Shown here: positions 11,618 to 21,904 of the stretch, one piece after another | How the letters are laid out: each line of letters begins with the position of its first letter | Position numbering within the stretch: position 1 is the stretch's first letter | Notes under the pieces: generated by a model | The model's database searches: none | Told to the model about the DNA's origin: nothing | The model's input: only the letters and a program-made list of their open reading frames with translations | Made by a program: the position numbers and the translations under genes | NCBI GenBank assembly: GCA_973895155.1 | Contig: OZ316897.1 | Span: forward strand, 6,089,327-6,153,326 | Reading direction: 5' to 3' | Source: Marsupella aquatica | Lineage: Eukaryota; Plantae; Marchantiophyta | DNA length: 64,000 nt

Positions 11618-12560
11618 GTTACCTTGCTGGAGCTTTTTGGTGGCATTTCTACAGGCCTAGAGGGGGTTGCAGTCTGGCATGATGGTGAAGAGGTACATCT
11701 ATGTGGACACTGACCCATATGCAAGGAAGGTGGCTCAATCACGGATGCTGGAATTTTCAGCTAGGTTCCCACAACAGTTTCCACCTAGTGCATGGAAGGC
11801 AAGCTTCACTCTCTTTCCTCCTGATGTTCAGTTGCTACAACAGAAACACATTGAGCTACTTGGTTCCTTGGACCTCATCATTGCTGGCTGGGAATGCCAA
11901 GGCTTCTCTGTTGCAGGTTCTGGAGCTGGTTTGAGTGATCCCCGGTCAGCACTCTTCATGGACCTGGTACAAATACTCAATTGGGCCCAGGCTCTTTACC
12001 CTGCTGTTGGTTATGTCATTGAGAACACACCCTCTCAATTTGCCCAGCGAAAGAACATCCAAGAGGATTTTCTTCTAGTCCAACGCTATCTTGGTCCACC
12101 GTTCTTAATTGATGCAGCCCAATGTGGGTCTTATGCGCATCGTCTGCGTAATTTCTGGACCAATATTGCACCGGTTAGCTTACTACAATTGGCTCTAAAA
12201 CATACAGTCAGGGACCCTACATTACAGGTGCACCAGATTTTGGATGCTAATAGCTCTTGTCAGCCCGTCACTCGGCAAGAGAGAGCACCTTGGTACCCTG
12301 CTAACACCATTGGGGAGCCAAGAGGTGCTTGGCCTACCTTTGTTTCATTTCCTGGCGCCCATGCCTTCCAAGGGGATGGACCAGGGCTGGTCTACCGTCA
12401 CGCTTTGGATACATGGGATGAGCCAAGCCCGGAGGAGCGAGAGCGAGCTATGGGCTTCCAAACTGGCACTACTGGTCATGTTAAAGTGACTAGGCTAGAG
12501 CGGAATTCTCTTCTTGGCAGAGTCATGGATCTTAATGCTTTAACATGGCTTTTGGTTACT
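11618..12560 (+). pseudogene. DNMT3-like C5 cytosine methyltransferase domain inside pol (frameshift about 11663)
   Basis: Motif I LELFGGISTGLE; II YIYVDTD; IV IAGWECQGFS (catalytic Cys); VI VIENT; VIII AHRLRNFWTN; IX EERERAMGF; X RNSLLGR. In frame with RT from 11667. Confidence 0.9.
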
Positions 12561-12849
12561 TGTATTCTTTTCCAGATGCATACTGTTCCTACTATGGGTG
12601 ACCCAGCCTCTCGCCTTAATGAAGTTCTTACCTGGCACCCTGATGAAGTACATTTACCCATCCTCTCCACTCTACATTTCACTCCTAGTGTTGGGGGGGG
12701 AGAGGTACCCTGTAATGTGACTGAAATTTCAAAATCAGAGCATGGCATGGACCAGATCACACCAGGCAAAGAGGAAAGCACATCAGGTTCTTCTAGTACA
12801 CCCACTAGCTCTACGCCATGCGTTGCAAATTTCCAGTTTGTGATGGGTA

Positions 12850-14250
12850 ATCAGTTGAGTAAGAAGCAACGGGATCAGGTACTGAATTTGCTGTTGAGCT
12901 ATGAAGATGTGTTTGCTTTCTCAATGAGAGACTTGGGCAAGTGCAAGGTGATGCAATTCTCCATTGAGCTGACCGATGAGAGACCTATTTATCGGCGGAG
13001 ACACCGGTTGAGCAAGCATGAGTGGCAGCTGGTGGATGAGAGATGCAAAGAGCTTTACGAAGCAGGTCTGATCCAGCCCTCCAACTCTGACTTTGCAGCG
13101 GCTACAGTGATGCCAGCAAAGAAAGATTCTAGTGGGCTATGGACAGAGAAGAGGATGTGTGGGGACTACAGGCCACTCAATCTGGTCACACCTCAAGACA
13201 GGTACCCCATGCCTATCGCTGAAGAGCTCTTTGACTCCATTGGAGATTCTGATATCTTTACCCTTGTAGACTTGAGGCAAGGCTTCAACCAGATCATTAT
13301 TCGGGCTGAGGACCGTAAGAAGACAGCTTTTCATGGGAGCAATCGATTGTGGGAATGGCTGGTGATGCCATTTGGACTGAAGAATGCACCCGTCTTCTTT
13401 CAACGGGTGATGGATCAAGTACTAGAAGGTGCTGATTTCCTAAAATGCTATATTGATGATGTGTTAGTTCATAGCAAGGGTTTTGAGCAACACTTATTAC
13501 ATCTTGAAGAGTTGTTCAGGAGGCTGAGAAATGTTAATATGAAGATCCATCCCAAGAAGTGTGAGTTTGCTGTTACCTCAGTGGTTTACCTTGGGCATCG
13601 AATCATTCCAAATGGCACTATGGCTCATTGGGCTAAAGTGGTGTCTATTCTTGAGATGCCCAAGCCTACTGATACTCACACTTTGCGAAGCTTCATTGGT
13701 CTATGTAATTACTACAGAATTTACATCCAGGACTTTAGCATCATTGCTCACCCATTGTACATGTTGCTTAAGAAGGATGTTACCTGGAAATGGACTGAAG
13801 ACACTCAGGTGGCATTTGAAACTTTGAAGGGAAAGTTATCAAGTTACCCTGTTCTCAGAAGGCCTGATTTCAGCAAAACATTCATTTTGCATACAGATTG
13901 GAGTGCTCTAGGTATTGGTACCATTCTGGGTCAATTTGATGGGGACGGGCAGGAGTATGTCATTGCTTATGCGTCTAGGAGCAATAACAAGGCTGAGAGC
14001 AACTACTCCTCTTATGAAGGCAAATGCTTGCCTGTTGTGTGGGCTGTCATACATTTCAGACCCTACCTGTATGACACTAAGTTCATGCTCTTTACCGATC
14101 ACCAGCCACTAAAGTGGTTGATGACTAATGATAAGCTTACTGGCAAGCTAGCTCGTTGGGCCCTCATTTTGCAAGAATATGAGTTTGAAGTTATTCATAG
14201 ACCTGGAATTACTCACCAGAATGCTGACACCATGTCTCGCAGTCCTTTGA
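12850..14250 (+). CDS. pol: Reverse transcriptase and RNase H
   Basis: RMCGDYRPLN, MPFGLKNAP, YIDD, YLGH; RNase H FILHTDWS..YASR..FTDHQPL..NADTMSR. Confidence 0.97.
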
Positions 14251-14432
14251 TCACTTCAACAGATTTTTCAGATGCACGACAAGATTTTGATCATGCTAGT
14301 CCTAGCTCTACACTTGGGGCCTCTGCCTATCTTGCCTTGCTTTGTTGCAGCGTTGTTGACCAACCAATTGTGGACATCTGGGAGGATTTGGACACTCTGC
14401 ATTTCTTGCAGCACAGGTAGTACCCACTAGGC

Positions 14433-15836
14433 ATGACCACTACTCAAAGGGATTGGATACAACAACGGTCTAAGCGTTACATGTGGAAGGGAGATCACCT
14501 AGTCCGCTGTTTGCCACAAGGGGAGAGAGTGGTTCCACCAATTGCTGATAGGGCTGGCTTGGTCAGAAAAGTACATTCTGAACTTGGGCATTTTGGAATC
14601 AAGTGTACTTATAGTTTGATGGCTCCTCACTACCATTGGAAGGGGATGCATGCTCAGATTCGGGATATCATAGCTAGGTGTGAACAGTGTGACAGAGTAA
14701 GAACCTCATTCTCCTCTTGACAGCCTATACTTCATCCACTCCCTATTCAGGGATTGTTTTACCGCTGGTCTTGTGATTTAGCTGGAGAATTACCTTTGAC
14801 ATCCAGGGGTAACCTCTCTATAATGATCATGATTGAGCACTTTTCTAAGTGGATTGAATTGGTTGCCTTGCCTGATAAGAGTTCACATAGCACTAGCCAA
14901 GCTTTTCTCCAGCAAGTGCTTAGCAGGTTTGGGGCTTGTGCAGAGTGCCTCACTGACCAGGGCTCTGAATTTAGAGGAGAATTTCAGGACCTCCTTGACC
15001 ATGCACTCATTGATCATCGTAGAACTTCAAGGGATCATCCTCAAGCGGATGGTCTAGCTGAGTGGATGGTACAGACCTGCAAACGAGGATTGCGGAAAAT
15101 ATGCCTCACCAAGAACAAGAAAGATTGGGACTTGGCACTGCCTTACATTGCCATGGGGTACCGCATGTCCAACCATGCCTCCTTGTCCAACTTCTCTCCT
15201 TATTTTCTACTTTTTGGTCGGCATCCAGTTCCTCCATCTTCTATTGCTTCTCAAATGCTTCAGGTGGTGGACTTGGACTCCACGGAAACCTGGTCTACTA
15301 TCATATCAGAGAGGGCTGCCTTGTTCCGTAGAGTCATGCCTATGGCTATGGACAACCTAGCAATTGCCCAACATCGTGATACACTCAGATATGCGCACAC
15401 ACTGGGAGGGAGCTTCAGGCCCAAGGTGAGGCAGTTTGATGTGGGTGATTTTGTTTACCTTCAGCGCCAACCTAGTGACACATTGGATACCTCCACCAGT
15501 CACATTATTCTCAGGGTTAAGTGCATCTATCCTTCAGGTGTGTTGGAGTTACAGGGAGCAGATGGTCGTACCCTCAAAGATCATGCTAAGAATTGTGCCC
15601 CTTGTCAATTGCCTAACTTGGACCCTACCATTGTGACTTCTACTTGGATTCCTCCGGTGGATTATCCCTGTAAGGTGTGTCACAGGATTGATGATGCTGA
15701 CCAGATGTTGTTGTGTGACCATTGCAACGGTGGTTACCATCTCTTTTGTTTGCGACCTGAGCTTCCACAAGTTCCGGAAGGGCTATGGTTCTGTCCTTCT
15801 TGTTCTCCTTCATCAAGCTCATCCTCAGCCCGTTGA
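14433..15836 (+). pseudogene. DDE integrase (H2C2 plus core) with C-terminal PHD finger; in-frame stop 14718-14720
   Basis: HSELGH...CEQC; WSCDLAG, LTDQGSEF, DGLAE; PHD CKVC..CDHC..H..C..WFCPSC at 15669-15803. Same frame as RT, separated by TAG 14418. Confidence 0.93.
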
Positions 15837-15856
15837 TCATTTCCATGCTCAGGTCT

Positions 15857-15864
15857 GGGGGGGG
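15857..15864 (+). promoter_or_regulatory. Polypurine tract (G8) directly before repeat B1
   Basis: tctggggggggatacagg; B1 starts at 15865. Confidence 0.75.
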
Positions 15865-16019
15865 ATACAGGGGTTTACTTTCATGCCCCAACATTTCTTC
15901 ATCTTGGTGTTAATGGACAACCATGTATCATCTTTCTGGTTTTCTATTTTGTTGTGTTACTTGGATGCATATGATACATGTCTCGATATCTTATGCTACC
16001 GACTCTATATGTCACGACA
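15865..16019 (+). repeat. Repeat B1 (155 bp)
   Basis: Matches 16465-16619 with one substitution (cacgaca/catgaca). Confidence 0.97.
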
Positions 16020-16028
16020 GCTGTCGTG
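16013..16028. other. Perfect 16-bp palindrome CACGACA-GC-TGTCGTG (element right end, GC, element left end)
   Basis: Read directly at the B1/A2 junction. Confidence 0.95.
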
Positions 16029-16619
16029 CAAGAGTGCATGGTTATCATCGCCCATCACCATGCCCTGTGCACGCCCGCTAGGATATTATGGTAGTTTAGG
16101 TTCATCATTTAGACGCCATATATGCAAGCTATAATAGATATGCTTGGTGTTCTCTAAGCAAGCATTCTCCTCTTAGTAGCACTTTCGGCAATGTTCTTGT
16201 AGCAAACCCTGGTTGTTCTTGAAGCAAATAGTCTTTGTTAGGAGCACTCCAGAGCCAACATACTTAGATTGCTCATTGCACATTCACTTCAGTTCTTCTT
16301 GAGTCTTAGCTTTAGCATTGCAAGCACTTGGCTATGGCAGTACACTCCATGGCACCTCCACACATTTGAGGATTGGCTATGACTCTTTAGATGCTCCCAG
16401 CACATCATGGCATGCTGCTGGTTTTCTTATGTACTACTCACTCTACATGCTACATACGTATTACATACAGGGGTTTACTTTCATGCCCCAACATTTCTTC
16501 ATCTTGGTGTTAATGGACAACCATGTATCATCTTTCTGGTTTTCTATTTTGTTGTGTTACTTGGATGCATATGATACATGTCTCGATATCTTATGCTACC
16601 GACTCTATATGTCATGACA
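16022..16619 (+). repeat. Repeats A2 (16022-16464) and B2 (16465-16619)
   Basis: Direct copies of A1 and B1, fused without spacer (tattac|atacag). Confidence 0.97.
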
Positions 16620-19600
16620 AATTACCAGAAGCAATGACTTGTAAAATTAGTGATTGCTTATCACTGATTTGTCAATGTTTAGGGATGGTGGTCAATTATT
16701 GACTATACCCTAAATTTGGTTGAATTTCTTCCTAGTGTTTCGCCCCGTCCAGTTCCCACCAAGTTTTCTCCATGGCAGAATCAGCTCTATCGGCAAGAAT
16801 TTGTGTGATTGCCGACTCCACCGAGTGCAAACTGGGTGGTCAATGAGCTGGTGCAATGGGCAAAGGTGACCTTTGGGAGCTGAGCAAGGTATGCAGCTAA
16901 GCAATATTGTTCAAGGTGTTACTAGCTGCTATTGTGGAAGTAGAGCCGTGGATGTGTTCAAGACAGAGGACAAGCATTGTATTGGATTGGAAATATTGGA
17001 AGAGGCCAAAGATGAAGAAAGTGGATTACTAGCCCGTGTGTAGATTTTTCCGAGACATTGGATGTTGAACGACACATTGTTGTGCTAGGTATTGTGACCT
17101 TGAAAACTTGTAAGTAAGCATGAAATAGTAATGCTAATAGATAGACAACTTTTGGATCTGGGTGGAGATCTGGACTTTTCTTGAGCGCACTGCTTGTTTT
17201 GCCAAAAACTTGTTTGATTAAGGGTTGTTTCTAATGTCAAGTCTTAGTTCTGGGAAGTAAGAAGCTTATGACTTTGTCAAACTCTACGTTCAAAGGACTC
17301 CACTTCGTTGCATCCCAAATGAGTGGGGGCTTTCCTCGCAACAAATCCTTCAACAGAATAGAGCTTTTGCTCTCAAGTTTTGCCAGGAAATTGACAAGTT
17401 GATCCTGCAAACAAGGTTGTTGCATGCATTCTATTAATGGGGCAGGGGGTCCGCTTGTCAACTTTCCGCTTCTTGCTGCCGCGGCGTCCCATTTTGTTGC
17501 ATATCCGGACATTCCTTTGTATCACACAACGCTGCAATTTCCACTGCAGGTGAATGATCTTCAGTGCATTGGAGAGGGGGTTGGACGTGTTGGGCCTGGA
17601 GAGCGCTGTGACCTCTTGTGTTGAGAAGATCTTCAGCAATTCTTATGGATTGATGCTTCTTCCGTATGCTTTGCCATATGCAGTGGTAGGGTTCAGTGCT
17701 TTGTCGTCACTTGTACGATGACTTACTTGCTTTGCGATAGCAAAGCTGTTGGAGAGTCATAAAGGATGTTGTGTTGCTTAGTGATGATGTGTTTGCTGTG
17801 ACGATGTTGCTCAACGCCACTCAGTGACGATGTGTTTGTTGTGTCTATGCAAGTCTCATGCGGCGAGATCATGACTATGATCTTAAGAACGGATGAGTTC
17901 TCACTCATGACTTTCTCTGAACTCTTACGGTACACAAAAGCATAGTACTTTGTCGCCTTTCCTAGACAAGGATATCCACAGCCATTTCTTCAGCCATCTC
18001 ATCTCTTTTCCTCCCTCCGCCACATTTTGGCTCAACTGCTGATGCCTACCATAATGTTTATCAAGGTGGCTAGGGGTGCTGCAGTAGCAACCCCACACAG
18101 GCGGCAGTGTTAAACCCTTGTCTGTCACTTGAATTTTCTTGCATAAACCTTTGACCTATCACTTGGAATTTAGTTGGATTCCTGGGAAATAGTTTTTTAT
18201 TAATTAATTGGGCCGCGAAAAGCCCCACGGCAAGGGCAGGCAATCAGCCAAAGAGAGCGGAAGCAGCGACAGGCAGACAATAGTCATTACAAATCACAGG
18301 GCCAAACATGTCTCATGGACCCTCAGGGGCCACACCCCTGGGGCCAGCCACGGTGTCCAAGGCCACTCCCAGACCAGCAGAACAGAAATACAACAGAGAC
18401 CGACATATCAAAAATACAGTAGCGACCAGAGGGTCGACAACTAATCTTTAATGGCTAGAGAGGCGGCCACAGCCTCGCCTGAGCCAATCCCTATGCTGAC
18501 CATCAAGCCATGCTTTGGCATTAAGGAGGCGAGAGAGTTTCCTGCCAGGAGGAGACCGGCGACTCACAGCATATAGGTGATCAGCAGTCTCAAAAAGGAC
18601 AAGTCCAAGATCAAATACCCTGCAACCCCGTTAAGGTGAGCTGAACGAGCTTGGGAGAGCGCACAGGCGGCACTCTCGGGGGCTCATTTTTTGGGTGCTT
18701 TTTCCATCTTTATCGACCTTTGTCGACAAATGCTGGTGTCGACGAGCCAAGATCGTTGAGAGGTTGGCAGGAGCACATTTCCCCGGTGGTTTAAGGGTTT
18801 TTGGAACTCCAATGCTTGCCCTATAGTGAAACTGGCCCGGGCACGACTTAGGGCGTAGAGTGGGACTGCTCTGGATTTTGGCTCAGATTGTGTTCGGACC
18901 CGGATCGACAGGCCTCCCGCGCTGCTCCCTAACGGAGGTTAGACTGGATGCGGGTGCGTTTCGTCGTCCCGTTTGGGCCTATCGCTTCCTCCTTTGACTT
19001 GGGATGCTGTACCTCGATCTAAGATTATTACTCCTGGGGAATACTCTGGAATCGCGGTGTTGCATGCCATCTCGGCGTCTGGCGCGTACTCAACCTCAGC
19101 TGCACTCTTTTCGTCCCTTGAAGCGAGCATTGGTGAGAACTCTGTAGGCGGTGGATCTCTCTGTATTGGACTGGGGAGGCGCAAGGATTTGGCGGTTGGG
19201 ACACCTTGGGCATAAATGTCGGGAGATTGGAACTATCTGGTAGAGGTCACCACGTTCTTCAAGTAGCAAATGCGGGGATAGAAGCAGAGAGATAAGGACA
19301 TTGTGGATGAATCTGAACCACTGGGACGTGAGTCGGACGCGGCTGCTTCAACTTTGGACAGCGGACTCTAGACTGCAGAGTGTCATCTCAAGATTGACGG
19401 AGGAAGAGGGAACCCTCATCAATGGATTAAGCGACTACGGTTGGGCAGAGCGACTCATGCTGGAGCAGCGAGTGAACATTCTTTACTTGTCAAGAGGGCG
19501 TGGACTGCCATCGACTCTGCTGGTTGCGGCCGAACGGGGTGCAGCAGTGGGCGGAGGGGTGACCTGCTGCTTGGTGCGACTTACTGTCACTGAATTTGGC

Positions 19601-19741
19601 GTTTCAGGCTGATTGAGCGCACGTTCGGCACTGGGTGGATCCATCGGGCTCTCGTGGTGACTAAGTTTGGCTACCCTGCGCTGGCATACTGTTGGATCTC
19701 GGATTGAGATAGGTACGTGATACTGTTAGGCATTCCTTTGA

Positions 19742-21842
19742 TTGAAATTGAGCACAATGGATGAATCGATTGACTATTACGGAACTTCTGGACCCTTAAA
19801 TCGTCGACAAAACGGACGTGGCGGTCGAGCTGCGATAAATCGAGAGGCCCGCATTGAGGAGGTTTTACCAGACTCGTTAGAAATTCAGCCGCTTAGGGGA
19901 GTCACTACTAGACATGGTGGACCCGGCCTTACCTCTGCTAGGAGTCATTGCCTTGCTGGGGGGGATGATGCTGCCACGGCTCGCTTCTCACCGCAGGATG
20001 CTCGCTCTGGGAAAGAGATGCCCTCGGCCTTTCCTGCTGGATCGGCCCACCTTAGTGGGATTCCCTCTGCTGCAGGAACGACACCAGCTCTGGAGGCCCA
20101 ATGGCCAATGGACACGGATCACACCATGGAGCTCGAGACGGAGGGGAAAGAAGTTCTGTCCGAGGAGGAGGTGTTGGAAGCCTGCATCAGGATTCTGAAA
20201 GAGATTGCCCTCAGCTCCAAGGGGGATCTGGATGAGAAGCTCTTTGCCACTGTGGAATGGAATCTACCGGAGGCCGCTCGAAATGTGAAGCAACTTTACA
20301 ATTGCGCCCTGCTATGCTACTTCACTGATAGAACCCCACTCCTCCCGATCTTTCGAGATTGGGTGGAGGAGGTTATGATGTGCCACGGGAATTGGCCTGT
20401 CTTACATATTAAATTCGTTGGAAAGAATTTCTACATGGTAGTCTTTGAGAATCCCGACCATAGGGACATGGCACTCAACCTGGCTCCTTGGTTCATGGAG
20501 CGCAGATTTGTTTACACCTTTGCCTGGGACCCGTCTTTCGATGTTAAGAGGGAATGCTTCACTAAACTCCCTGTATGGATTGAGATCCCCTTTCGTGCGT
20601 TGGCACTCGAAGGATGCAGGAGAAAGATAGCTAGCTCACTGGGAACGCTGCTCTATTACATTCAGGGGGATGAATTCAGCTCGTTCCCTCACGATCGAGC
20701 CTGCATACTATGGGACACTGACAGAGAAGTGCCTGCTAGTGTGCGCATCAAGATCAGGGATGACATAGTGATCTGGCAAAAGGTGACTTTCCGTAATATC
20801 CCATTCCATTGCTTCAAGTGCAACCGCGGGGACACCTGGCCAGGGATTGCAGAACAGACAGTGAGACTGTAGGGCTGCGTCCACCCGATGCTGTTCACCT
20901 GGAGGCAGGAGTGGATCCACCGGAAGAAAGAGACGACGAACGCCATTCCGAACCAGATCATGAGGAAGTTCTCAGAGCTGAAGCTAATACAGCCGCGCGG
21001 GCCGATTTTCGTGCTAAGACAGCCCTCAAAACACTGGCACCGGCACCTTGCACTGTGGAAGGAGATATTGCCCAAGTTGAGCAGCTCCTGCAGGTCTCGG
21101 TGCTTCCTGGGGAGGACCCCCCCTCCTTTCAGATGCTCAATTTGGGGTCTTCGGCGACCTTAATTGGTTCCTCAGCGGTTGCGATAGTGACTGTGGCTAA
21201 TGCAGGACGCGGTGTTGCAAATTTGGATGGCAAGAAGATGGATCCTCTTGTTGCAAACCCCCAAGCTGCACTTAAAAGCGCCCCTTCAGGACCTGGTCCC
21301 CTCTGAATGCTAATGCGCCCTGCTTTGGTCCACCTTGCCTTATCACTGTTTCGGGGACTCCTTCCGAACGGCGGATCTGCAGGGCCCCCTCTTCTAGGGG
21401 GGGAGACGATGCTACCTTCTCTTACCACGAGGATTCTAATGCAGAGATGTCTGAATATGAGGCCTATATCGCCCATAGTAAACAGAAGGCTAAAGCCCGT
21501 AAATTAGAGCTCCGCACGCCTCCCACTAAGAAGACTGATAAATCTGAAGGTCATGCCAAGAAACAACGATCACTCACATTCTCACGAGGTTTCCTGTCTG
21601 ACGCAGGGGGTGGGGAGCGACCTCCTCGGGACCTTAGTGATTCCCGCAGCGACCGCGGGCATCTACTATTGCTGGAATATCAAGTTACTAGCGGAATGGC
21701 AAGAGCGGCTCCACTAGCTCCCCTCCTGTTACGTAATGCGGGACCTGACTCCTCTATGGGTGTCTCCCCAACCCGGTCTGTGAGCGGATCCATTGGTGGC
21801 GGGACTTTTGGGCTGTCCCCGGGTGGACGCAACCGGATATGA
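19742..21842 (+). pseudogene. L1 ORF1 (DUF4283-like plus zinc knuckle), frameshifted
   Basis: F..VF....R..AL..APWF..R.F.YTFAWDPSF...LPVWIEIP; CFKC and GHLARDC split by a frameshift near 20825. Confidence 0.85.
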
Positions 21843-21904
21843 GGTAATTTCTGAGCAGAGCAGGGTTTTTCTATGGACTAAACTCATCGGTTCATAGGAG
21901 GAGG

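Larger units (their letters stand above)
7374..16619 (+). mobile_element. Ty3/Gypsy retrotransposon with split direct repeats (A-internal-B-A-B), C5 DNA methyltransferase and PHD-integrase
   Basis: Ends TGTCGTG (7374) and CATGACA (16619); TSD AATT at 7370-7373 and 16620-16623; domain order gag-PR-MTase-RT-RH-IN-PHD. Confidence 0.95.

Noticed and set aside
11618-12560. Bacterial restriction-modification gene or contamination
   Set aside because: In frame with Gypsy RT, DNMT3-like RxRxFWxN motif, no endonuclease partner.
7374-16619. DIRS/Ngaro/PAT classification because of split repeats and an MTase
   Set aside because: No tyrosine recombinase seen; has protease, H2C2-DDE integrase, TG..CA ends and a TSD; the MTase is C5-type, not the Dam-like DIRS domain.
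16022-16619. A2+B2 as an ordinary 3' LTR with a deleted 5' LTR
   Set aside because: Does not explain B1, the PPT before B1, the PBS directly after A1 or the GC-spaced palindrome; kept only as the refuting alternative.
7136-16656. 11-bp inverted repeat (caatcactaat/attagtgattg) flanking the Gypsy as part of it
   Set aside because: Lies outside the TSD; more likely a small AT-rich element that served as the target; too short to call.
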